This document shows, in pieces, positions 24,015-34,925 of a stretch of 64,000 bases of DNA. The DNA is taken from positions 1,178,001 to 1,242,000 of the forward strand of contig OZ025790.1 in the NCBI GenBank assembly GCA_964019425.1. Reading direction: 5' to 3'. A model generated the notes under the pieces. That model saw only the letters and a program-made list of their open reading frames with translations. It searched no databases and was not told where the DNA came from. Each line of letters opens with the position of its first letter. The stretch's first letter is position 1. The stretch comes from Flectonema sp. DT1601. Its lineage: Eukaryota. A program made the position numbers and the translations under genes.

Positions 24015-27000
24015 ATGGGTCAAGTTACTAGCTTAGGGAAGCTGAGTAAGAAAGGGCAAATCGCCCCGGCGGGACCGCCAGCTCCAGGTATGGCACCTCC
24101 AACGCAAGGGTCAGTTAAGAGAGCTCCGCCACCACCAAGAACAGCTCCAGTTGTAGGAAAAAGGTACCCAACGTACTCATACACGACTTTCATAGTTAGT
24201 TATCCTGTTCTTAGTTTAAGTATATTCTGTCTAACTCCTTTTATATTAACCTGTGTGGCATTATTCGTTCATGATATTGGTGATTACAATACAAAACTTG
24301 AAACGTTTGAAATAAGCGATCACAAAACTGTAAAACTCCGTGATACAATGATATTTGCAGCTGAAGATTGGAATCAAATCCTAGAAGCATACGTTCACAG
24401 AAGAAGTATGGGTACGAATCCTGGCGATGACGGGCTTCCCACCGTCATAGGATCTCTACCTTGGAGAAGGATATTTATTCAATATAAAGTTAAGAAGCTT
24501 AGGGGAGAGCTAATTCCTGACCCAGCATGCAGACCTTCAGACTCTAACTATCAAGCTTTATTAAATGAATATAACTTATTGAAGAACCCTGAAGCTATTC
24601 ATTTCATTAGACAATTGGAAAATTGGATTGTTCGTCTGCCACCGTTCAGTAAACTCTGTTTTAGATCTCTTAACAAAAACGGTTACAGAAAACGTTATGA
24701 TCAAAAGCCAACATGCGCACCTCTAGCTTCTATCGCGGGTTACTTCTACCCTGGAAAGATTAAAAAAGAAGAAGATGATCGTTTCTTTTGGTCATTCCAA
24801 CCGGAGTATGATTTCGGACCATACGAGCCAGAAACTGGAGCCAACTCACAGCAAGGTACGTATCCATTCATTTACTTATTTCTGACAAAGGAAAGAAAAA
24901 TCGATTTGAGCAATAAAAAAAAAAACAACTTATATAAAAAACAGTGCCTCCAGACGACATCCTCAGAGCGTTTTATCAAAACCCTTCTTGGAGGTGGTTT
25001 ACTGACAGCGGTAATAATAAAGAAACTCAGCGTTCTCTCATGTTAAGAACACAAATTATGTTGGGGAGACCTTTGGAGGGAATTACTGAAAAGATCGAAG
25101 CTGAGAAATTAATGAAAACATACATCAAACAATTAACTGGTATGTTGGTGTTTTAATGTCCTGAATGAAGAGAGAGGTTAACAAACTTAAAAAAAAAACA
25201 ACAGGTCAACTTGATAGAATTATTTCAGACGGTAGTTTAACGATGCTTGACGGATCTCCAATCCCAGAGGGTGTTGAAGTTACTTATGGTGGTGACGGAA
25301 TAATTGAATCTGTTCTCGATGATGCAAAGGAAAGAGATCAGTTTTTCGTTCTTCTTGGGATCGTAGTCGTTCACATATTTCTGGGAATCTACACTCACAG
25401 TGTGTTTATCGCTTTTATGTGTTTTGTTCAGTACGGAATGACATACTGCACAAGTGCATTCTTACATTTCTCAACGAGCAACACGGAACAGTTATCCCTT
25501 CTATCGCTGTTGTCATCTTACGTACTGTTAGGAATGTCTACCGACGGTATTATGGTTTTCTTTAATACGTTTAGGCAAAGTGCTTTTATGGAAACAAACG
25601 GCAGGAGAAACACGTTAAATGTTCCTCAAAGACTTGCCTTTTGCTTTCGTAAGGCTGGTGTTGGGATCACCATCTCTCATTTAACTGCGGGAGTAGCTTT
25701 CAGTATGAATTACTTGTCACCAGTTCCAGCGATTAGAGATTTCGGTATCTTTATGTTCATAATAATGATGGTCGATATTTATATGTTTCTAACTGTGTTT
25801 CCTTGTATTCTAATGTTGCATCACTATCACATTAGTCAGAGAAGACGTAACGCTCAGCGTCAAAAAGAATTAGTTCTTTCATTGCAAACATTAAAACATC
25901 CTGTGGTACTTCGTAATGCCTTACGTCAAGTAGATGACAAGGCTCGGAGACAAAACAATGTTCCAACTAGCTTCACGGTGTCATCACCAAGGGTAGCTGT
26001 TCAGGAAGGTGGTGAACAAGCAGCGGAAACTAAAACAAAAGTTCAATTTGGTGAAGGGACTGGTCGCTTTGGTAGACTGCAGGCCAGACTTCGTCCTCTC
26101 GTCGGTGCAAAAAAACAGAAAAGCGAAGACGAAGTTCGGGCTGAGCAACAAGAAGTGTTTGATCAGTTCACAGGAACTACTCTTCCACAAAGAAGTAGAA
26201 GAAAACAGGCAGCTAGTTCTGTATTACAATTACCGTTTGAATATACGTGTCTGTCTAGTTCACAAGCACAAAAGGTTGTGTCGTATCCTCCTCAAGGATT
26301 TGATCCACCTCTTTCAGTTGGTGTTGACTTATCAGCTTACTGTGATAATATCAGGTCCAAGTGGGATGATCGTTCAAAAGATTTAGGAATAGCTACCCAC
26401 TTGGGTGTTGATGTTCTAGTCGATCCATCAACTGGTAGACGACTTGACTGTTCTAAAAGGATCCCAATGATAGTTCAAGTTATGTGTGAGTCACATTCTG
26501 CACTTAGAGTTGTAAATGCAGGTATGTGTTTTTCGTACAGCAATCGGAAATACAAGTGTTTTTTTCTTCAAAGGAGAATGCCCATGAAGAAAAAAAAAAA
26601 AAAAAAAAAAAACATAAACCAGGAATCGATCTAGACTCTGGAGATATCAACCAGGAGGGAGAAGAGCCGCAGCAAGCTCCAGCAAATGACGGATCGCAGC
26701 CGCAGCAGGAAAATCAGGAGCAACAGGGAGATCAAAACAACAGCGGAGTTCAGAACGCTGCTGCTGCCCAAGTGGTATTGGGTGCTGGTGCAGAGCAGCC
26801 CCAGACAGTACAAATCACTCAGCCACCTCCATTTTCAGGACCTTCGGGGCCACCACAACCAGCACCAAGAGCTACTTATGATGACCTTAACTACGTATCA
26901 CGAGTAATGTACACTGTGAGAGACTGGTGGGTTGAACGAGGTAAAGTAAAACGTCGATTTGGTAGATTTGGAAAACGTGTTGGTGAGACCCGAGTTGATA

Positions 27001-30000
27001 AAGATCGTCGGATTATGTCAAAGCGCTCAAAGCACGAGGGATATAATACTTTGGAAAGATTCTTTTATAATACATACACCCCAATGTTAGCCACGTGTTA
27101 TCCTGTTATATTAACATTATACTTTACTAAGATGTTAGTATTTATTATTGTGTTCTTGTCTCATTTGGATCCACTATCTGAACCACCAAGGCTGTTGGAC
27201 TTCCAAGCCAATTATGAAAGATTTGAAGAAGTTCGGAAGGAGTTTCCTGTTCAGGGAACTTGCGACTACTGCGGTCCTTACTTTCAGCCGAGGGCGGATT
27301 TCCCTCCTCCTTTCGGAGGTCTCGAAGGAACTAAAAATATGCAAGATTACGACGACTGGGAAAAATGCTCTTATCAAATGTACAATCACACAGACGCCTG
27401 TGGTACCTGCGGAGGTGACTCAAATTGTGTGGACTGCATGGGTCAGCTATGGCTGTGCAAGGCACACAAAACTTTAGAGGACTGTGAAGCAATGCACGAT
27501 GGAATATTTGATTGTCAATGGCGTCCATCTTGGGGTAAAGACGGATCAGCTTGCATTGATAAACCAAAACTATGCCCAGCTGGTGACGGCTCAGGATCTA
27601 AAACATATCAACCGGGATGGGTATTTGATCAGTGTGGAGTCTGTTACTTACCATCTGCCGACACTGGTTCAGGTGATGTCATCGTGACTGCTCGTACTTC
27701 AGACATTGCATGCAGTGATGTCATATCTCAGAAATCAAATCGATGCAACGATCAAACAGCACTTTGTGAAGTTCAAAAGAAGACAGGAGATTGCTCAATG
27801 TGCATGTTAATGTATAAAAGAGCTGGTTGGGATGACTTCCTACCTTGGAAAGATACCTTCCCAGCTCCTCTGACTGTAGCACAGATATCTCAGGCTGGCA
27901 ACAGGTATTGTACAACTAAATGTGATGCTACGACTTGTGATCCTGCGAGAGGTGTGTGTGACGAAGCGACTGGAGAATGTACTTGTCACTCTGACTACAT
28001 AAGAGGTTTCTTTGATGGTGATAGCTGTGAGCGTTGTGAAGAAGGTTTCTTCGATTATCAGAATAGGCCATGTACCGCAGAATGTATCCCTGATGACCCT
28101 CTTTATGACGACTGCGACTGTGAATGTGTATCTACAAGAGCTCCAACTCTAGTGACAGGTGTTTGTATGTGTACAAGTTGTTCTAGAAATATATCAAATG
28201 AGACAACAACTATTTGGAGACCAATGGATATAGAATGGACTGACGAGATCGTAGCAGTTGGACATCAATGCGAGACTCGCCAAAGATCAAGAGCACGTTT
28301 TGCAACGATGAATAATATGACTGGAGTTAGAGAATGTAACCCGGGATATGATGAAGACACTACATGTTCACTAGCTGTTGATTGCAACGGTCATGGTATC
28401 TTTAATCCGTATGGTGAATGCGCTTGTTACGGATGCTGGTCGGGAGAATTTTGTGAAATATCAAACTGCAAGAACTCTGGAGTATGTTCCATCGGTAGCA
28501 TACCAACAGACTGGGAATGCTCTTGTATGGGTGTTTGGGAAGGTGAAGACTGTTCTCGATGCCCTGTAACTTGTCAAGAACACAGTCACTGTCCAATAGC
28601 TCATGTAACAATTACTGATTATAGAAATATTCAGTGTTGGGCTGCTAATGGAAAGAGTTGCTTTGGTCATTGGACGGGTGACGCAGTCAACAATAAGTGT
28701 GATGTTTGTAAATCACCTGATGGCGTACCAGAATGGAAGAGAAATGAAACCGACAAAATGTGTACTCCAGACGGTAAGATCATTGGATGTGACGGATTAG
28801 ATGCTACTGATACTCACTACAAGTGGATCGATGGTTGTGATGTTTGTGGAGATGAGGGAACCCCACCAAACGCTGACAAAACATGCAGCTGCGACGGTTC
28901 CAGCCATCACTGGAAACAAATCAACTCCTGCGGTAATTGTGGTGGGACCAACGACATCTGTACCTGCAATGGTACCCCTGACCCAGGTAATCAACCTGAA
29001 ATGGTATGTTTATATCTTTAATTTATTCCAACTACACAAAACCAAATTTCCAACCAAAAAAACAACTACACAGGTTGAACTCTTTTGGGGACTAATCCCA
29101 GATAATATTGCTGCCATCGATGACAGGGTTTGGGAATACGATTCTGGTGAGGTATGTCTTCCAACTGATATATTTAATTGTGTCTTATTAAACACTTTCT
29201 TTCTATTATTAAATCAAACAGATGACTATGGATGCCTCTCCAGCAGTAAGACTCGACCCAGCTATGGATTGGCAACACATGCAAAGACTTCTGTACTCTG
29301 TCTTTGATAGATATCTCCCTGGAAATGTTATGAGTAGGCATGTTAATTATGACCAGTCGGAAATTATGATTTTTAACTGGAAAACATACCTGCAAACCCA
29401 CGTCTTGGTATTCGAAGACCAAGCGAGACTCAAACCTCTTGAAGTTAGGAAATGTAAATTTATTGTTGATATTTGCAAGCAGGATTTTGAGACTGAAAAA
29501 TCACATCCGACAGAGCAACTTCAATACTTAACGTATCCTTTTGTTGGTCCTCATACTAATTGGGTATTATACCAATTCATGACTGAATATCGGGTTTCAC
29601 ATTTAATGGGTTTCTCAACCAGTAATTCATCAGATCCTACTTTGAAACTAAACTGGATCAGGTTTAAGATAGTGTTATCAAACCTCTATAAGAAAGCAAC
29701 AAAAGGTCAAAGACGAAGCCAATACAATGTTTGGGAAAGAGAGATTCATCAAATAAACGTCGCAGCTAAAGAACAACCAGTTCCACTGCCATTGGCAAGG
29801 CATTGGTCAGCTGCTTGGGTTAAGTTATTTACTGAAGAGCAATCTGAAAATGGAACGCTCTACGCAATTGGAATGGGCGGAACAGCAATAGCAGTCGTGA
29901 CATTGTTGTACTCGTGTTCTATAACTCTGATGTTGTTATCGTGTGTTTCTGTTTCTGGTGTTGTAGTATTTACTATGTCTTATATGCGTATAGCTGGATG

Positions 30001-30481
30001 GGAACTCGGTCCTGCAGAACAAGTTGGGTTAACCTGTTTGGTTGGCTTAGCATGTGAATACACTATTCATTTACTGGGAGGTTACATCGAATACATCCAC
30101 GCTACACAGTCTAGTTTACTCGCGAGAGACACGACACGCGCTCAAGCCATCGCTGGGACATTACAAAGAACTGGTGTTCCAATTACGGTATCAGCCGCTG
30201 CTATTTTATTGGCATCTCTCATGTTACTTTTCTGTGATATTTTAATTTATCGAAGGATTGCTGAGATTGTTATAATGGTGACATTGATATCGGCTGCTCA
30301 TGGTCTTCTGTTCTTTCCTTGTATTATTCTTGTCTGTGGACCTGTTACGATTTTGAGAAATTGGACTGCGAGGCTGCTCTTCTTGACTTGCGTAGTGTTC
30401 TGTACGTTCTTCACGATTGCGATAATATACTTGTCGGGCAATGCTAAGGGTCCAGACGGAGAAGATTTGTTTAATTTCTAA
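24015..30481 (+). CDS. Dispatched/Patched-like sterol-sensing-domain (RND) transporter with a large Cys-rich EGF-like loop; 6 exons
   Basis: In-phase introns 24856-24944, 25140-25204, 26522-26622, 29004-29073 and 29152-29221; SSD-like TMs with LGMSTDG and VGLACEYTIH; SPVPAIRDFGIF; many CxC..W.GxxC EGF-like repeats. Confidence 0.85.
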
Positions 30482-30556
30482 GGGGGAAAAAAAAAAAAAA
30501 AGTGTTATGAAAAAAGTCTTATTTGGAGATATTTCATTGTGAATATAAACACCCCA

Positions 30557-30590
30557 ACGTGGACGTGGACGTGGACGTGGATGTGGACGT
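30557..30590. repeat. (ACGTGG)n hexamer microsatellite, ~5.5 copies
   Basis: acgtggacgtggacgtggacgtggatgtggacgt. Confidence 0.8.
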
Positions 30591-31595
30591 TGCCAAGAAC
30601 AGAGTTTCCAAGCAACGCTTGCAGCGGATTACTCAAACTATCCTATTAGAAATCTTACGGAGAACATGGTGGGGACAGCCTCTTATCGGTCGTCTTCTCC
30701 CTTCATCGCGAAAGTATTGATTTTAAATATCTTTTTTTTTTTTTTTTTTTTCTTTTTTTTTAAAATCTGGATTTTGGTTAGTTTTTGTTACTTTTGTCTA
30801 TTTTCCTTTCTCTTGAAAAAAAAAAAAACCCCCCTTTTAAAAAAAAAAAAAAAAAAGCCTTTAAACTTAGAAAAAACAAACACAAATACAAAAAAAAAAA
30901 AAAAAAACATCACATTATGTGACTCCGGTGTAAACACAACGGTACTTTTTTTTTTTTTTTTTCTTTCCTTTTTTTTTTTGAACTAAACTTCCGCTTTATC
31001 CCTTAACAAGAGTATGGCCTGGTTGAGAAAACAGAAGTGGCTGGAAAAAAAAACAAGAACAACAACGCAACACTTGTTGAACAGGTTATTATCAGTGAGT
31101 GAAGAGTACCTCGTACGCTGTTGCACAAAAACGTGCAAAAGCTTTTTCAAGAAAAAAATAAATTAATTTAGTTGAGATCTCGTCGTGTGGATTCTTCCCG
31201 TCTTTCGAGTCGAATACTACTTTATTATAGAGAGTTTTTTTTTTAATTTTTTTTTGTCATAATTTTCATTTTCATTTTTTTTTTTTTTTTTTTTTTTTAC
31301 TACCAACAATTCATAGATAAAAAGCAACAGGAAATAATTTTCTCCTTTTAAGGATTACGAAACCCTGATAAACCATAGATCAGCGCGCATCAATGAAGGG
31401 TATTTAGGTCTGATGTCGAAGACAGGTCTTGCCCGATGTGTTGAAAATAACGATGACAATGGACATTATCACAAAAAACGTGATATAGGTTTAATTTTAG
31501 TTTTCTTCCCTTTCCTGTCATTTTCTTTTTTTTTTTTAAAAAAAACTATATTTTTAGTTACTTCATCTCAATTTAAAAAAATAATAATAATAATA

Positions 31596-32363
31596 CATAG
31601 ATGGAAGTGCCCTACAATTTGGAGGGCGTGTAGGGCGCTTGTAGGGCGCTTTTAATATAAATATTATTTTGGAGGGCGCGTTTTTTTACCTTTTTTATTA
31701 CTATAAGACAGCTAAATTGACGGGGACTTACACTGACGCACAAGTATTTTGACGCAGAAGCCAAAAAAAATTTTTGACATGCTTGGCAGTCTTTCGAGAA
31801 AGAGAAAAAAGGGTGTCACGGGGTTCGAACCCGAGACCTCCAGGTCATGGTTCGGAGGTCAACAATGGCAAAAAACAATGGGCCACTCCTTGAGAGCTTC
31901 CGGAGCCTGCTGCAATCCCTGAAGCTGAAACTCATTTCAGTGGACGATGCATCCGAGATCTACAAGGAACTGATAGCCCGCAGAATGCACCGAGTCGAAT
32001 ATAGAGGGATTCGAGGAGGGAGAGTGCGTTCTTGCTAACCTGTTAATAGGCCAGTCTTCAGGTACCGTGTGAGAAAAAAAAGAAGTTTACTGGTGGCAAG
32101 TATACTGATATCCCAGAGACGCATTTGATCGGGCGAACCGGAGAAAAGTCAAATAAGATGCGATTCGACCCTCGCTGAGGCAGGGGTGTGTCAAAATGGG
32201 CTCGGCATTATATTAAATTTAATTAAAAAAGCGCCCTACGCGCCCTCCAGCGCCCTATTTTGGCCCTATTTTGGCCCTACAATGGCCCTATTTTGGCCCT
32301 ACAAATTTTTGTGGCTGATTTTCACCAGGCGCCCTCCAAATTTGGAGGGCACTTCCATCTATG
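31596..32363. mobile_element. MITE / non-autonomous DNA transposon, ~770 bp
   Basis: TIRs CATAGATGGAAGTGCCCT(a/c)CAA..TTTGGAGGGCG at both ends; subterminal TAGGGCGC / GGCCCTA repeats; inserted in an (AAT)n tract (ATAATA on both flanks). Confidence 0.85.
31811..31860 (-). pseudogene. tRNA-derived 3' half (CAT in the anticodon-like loop) inside the MITE
   Basis: Minus strand CCGAACCATGACCTGGAGGTCTCGGGTTCGAACCCCGTGACACCC followed by TTTTTT; 5' half degenerate. Confidence 0.5.
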
Positions 32364-32515
32364 ATAATAATTTAAAAAAAAAAAAAAAAAAGTAAACCTC
32401 CCTTAGACCACAAGTTTCTATTTTTATTCTTATTTTTATTTTTTTTCGTTTCTGTTTTTCGGGTTGACTGGGAACCTGTTTTTAATTTGCGAATATCCGA
32501 AACACACACAAAGTG

Positions 32516-32547
<32 letters not shown>

Positions 32548-33689
32548 CAAAAAAAAAAAAAAAAAAAATTCTAATTTCCTAAAATAGATACATAAAACAA
32601 ACAAACACTCCCTCCCCGAAGTGAATAATAAAGGAATCCTAGTCAGAACTGGTAACATCTAGCAAGTCTCTCTAACAAAACTTGTCTGGACAACGTTGCT
32701 TTTTTTTTTTTTTTTTTTCAAATGTTTACAGCAATTGTGGGTCACTGAAACTAACGAAACGGGACCATCTAGTTTTTTTTAGTAAGCTACTTTTTGAAAA
32801 AAGAGGAGCGCTAAGCCTTTATTGCTTGACGGCAGAATTTTTGTATTTTTTCGGAATTACCGTAAAAAAAGACGCATTTCTAATTTCCCCATTTTTTTTT
32901 ATTTTACTTATTATTTTTTTTATAAAAGCAATGGTGCAATCTAAACGGTAGATGATTTTATTTTTCTTCTTCTCGCTTGCTTGCTTTGATACCTTCGTTG
33001 TTTTTTTTCAGTTCCTTCTATTAAAAAGAATTGTACCAAGTTACTACCATACATACAATCCAACACGAGGTATCTCGTGGGTTTATTTCGATCTATACTT
33101 CTGTCTGTTCCACCTCTGGCTTCCTCAATTTTCCCATTTTTGTTTGTTATTTTTGTTGTCGACTTCTGGCCGCCCAAAGCACATGAAAACTGTTACAGTA
33201 TTACAGTACCTACGCTATACATTCTTCGTTTGAGATAATACGAGCTGCGCCAGGAATACCAGGAGTTGAGTGAGAATGTCAATGCTACAAATCCACTCGT
33301 TAAAGGAAAAAAATCTTCGATAAGAAGGGAATGCAAAAGGGAAAAAAAAGAACTCGCTTGGTCATGTTACCAACCTGGAAAGGAACTTGTTTGTTATTTT
33401 GCGAACAAGTTTTCACCCCATCCACCTTCCCAAGGAATCTTTCGTTGTTGTAGTTAGTGATTTGATGATATTTTAATTTTCGTTGTATTTTATTATTATC
33501 ATTTTTTCTATCTCAGTGAGCGCGTACACAACACCTGTAATATATGCGTAAGGATGTCTAATTTGATTTGTGTTTTAGTTTAGGACCTCCCCCCCCAGTT
33601 TCAAGTTGCTTTCCATTTAATATTAGAATCAAGTTACCCCCCCTCCAGCTTGAAAATGCAGTATCAAATTACCCCTCCAGGGCATGGGA

Positions 33690-33830
33690 TGCTGTAGTGC
33701 GTGGTCCCCGGGTCAATTTGACTTGACAGCATTTCTTTCTCTGGACAGAATTCCCAAACATAACTTATTCAGTTATGATTCATGTCTAATATATTGTGTG
33801 TTAACCCTTGATTTATTTATCCAGGTCTCT
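33690..33830 (+). repeat. Dispersed repeat upstream of the LRR gene; inverted copy at ~56199-56343
   Basis: GCGTGGTCCCCGGGTCAATTTGACTTGACAGCATTTCTTTCTCTGG and ATGATTCATGTCTAAT..GTGTTAACC..ATTTA.CCA.GTC match the reverse complement of 56199-56343. Confidence 0.8.
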
Positions 33831-33856
33831 CCATCTCTTAGCCTCAGTTGTCAATA

Positions 33857-34849
33857 ATGCAAGTTTCGATAACCTTCCCTGATACAGAATTCCCAAACAT
33901 AACTTATTTAATTACTTCGACATCAGTTGTTGGTGATGCTGTAGTTGCTGCATCAGAAGAGTGGGGTATTGATGTGAACGGAATTGAGATCTATTTTTGT
34001 GGAAAACTGCTTTTGGAATCGACGACGCTAACTTCCCACGGAATAGTCTTGGGATCTGAGTTGGAGGTTTCTAGAAAGAGAGTTCGAATATTTGGTTTGT
34101 CTTCGTTGATAGATTGTAATAAGTGGAATGAACTGTTTTGTTGGTGTATAGAAAGACCATTTGATTTCCTCTACTTAGACACTCCAACTTTTATTATTCA
34201 AGAAAACACATTCGCTTTAGATGGTGTTGCATTGCCGTTGGTTGAACGGGTTTCGTTTTGCAATCCTGCTTTGGACAAGCTGCTCGATCTCGGCGATACA
34301 TTCTTTTGGAAATATCCTTGCATCACTTCTGTTAACTTTTCTGATCTTGGTAGTGTCACCAACATCGGATGTAGTTTCCTTTCAAATTGTACATCTCTCA
34401 CGGACATTAATTTATCGGGTCTGACTAGCGTCACCAATATTGGTGCTCAGTTTCTCGAATGCACTGCAGTTACTGCGATAGACTTGTCACGTATGATGAA
34501 CCTTGTTTCTATCGGAAGTGGTTTTTTGTGGAATTGTACGTCGCTTACCAGCCTCAATCTGTCAGGTCTTTGTAATATTAAAATTATTGGTGACGGTTTT
34601 TTGTGGTGCTGCTCATCGATTGAAACAGCTTCGTTGTCAGACCTCACTGGGCTTACAGCTGTTGGGTCTTCATTTATGGAAAGTTGTAATTCAGTAACGT
34701 CAATTGATTTGTCTGGTCTTGGTAGTGTGACTGATTTGAAATGTGATTTTTTACAAAACTGCAGCAAGCTCAAGTCAATCCAACTACCTAAAACCAATCA
34801 ATCATTATTCATGGAAAGGTCTGCAAGTTGTAGGAACTATGGTCAGTGA
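33857..34849 (+). CDS. Ubiquitin-like N-terminal domain + BspA-like leucine-rich repeat protein
   Basis: IEIYFCGKLLLESTTLTSHGIVLGSELEV (UBL-like); repeats such as LTDINLSGLTSVTNIGAQFLEC; first ATG at 33857. Confidence 0.85.
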   Translation: MQVSITFPDTEFPNITYLITSTSVVGDAVVAASEEWGIDVNGIEIYFCGKLLLESTTLTSHGIVLGSELEVSRKRVRIFGLSSLIDCNKWNELFCWCIERPFDFLYLDTPTFIIQENTFALDGVALPLVERVSFCNPALDKLLDLGDTFFWKYPCITSVNFSDLGSVTNIGCSFLSNCTSLTDINLSGLTSVTNIGAQFLECTAVTAIDLSRMMNLVSIGSGFLWNCTSLTSLNLSGLCNIKIIGDGFLWCCSSIETASLSDLTGLTAVGSSFMESCNSVTSIDLSGLGSVTDLKCDFLQNCSKLKSIQLPKTNQSLFMERSASCRNYGQ

Positions 34850-34925
34850 TCGTACGAGATAACCCATTTAAACTAATCATTCACTACTATTATTTAACTT
34901 TGTTATTATAACAGGACATGGGGAT

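Noticed and set aside
31714..31745. AATTGACGGGG..CGCACAAG resembling an SSU rRNA motif (also CCCGTCAATT at ~13584)
   Set aside because: Only ~11-nt matches with no flanking rRNA sequence; likely chance.
32250..32305. Short GGCCCTATTTT direct repeats as a CRISPR-like array
   Set aside because: Eukaryotic context, no spacers; these are subterminal repeats of the MITE.
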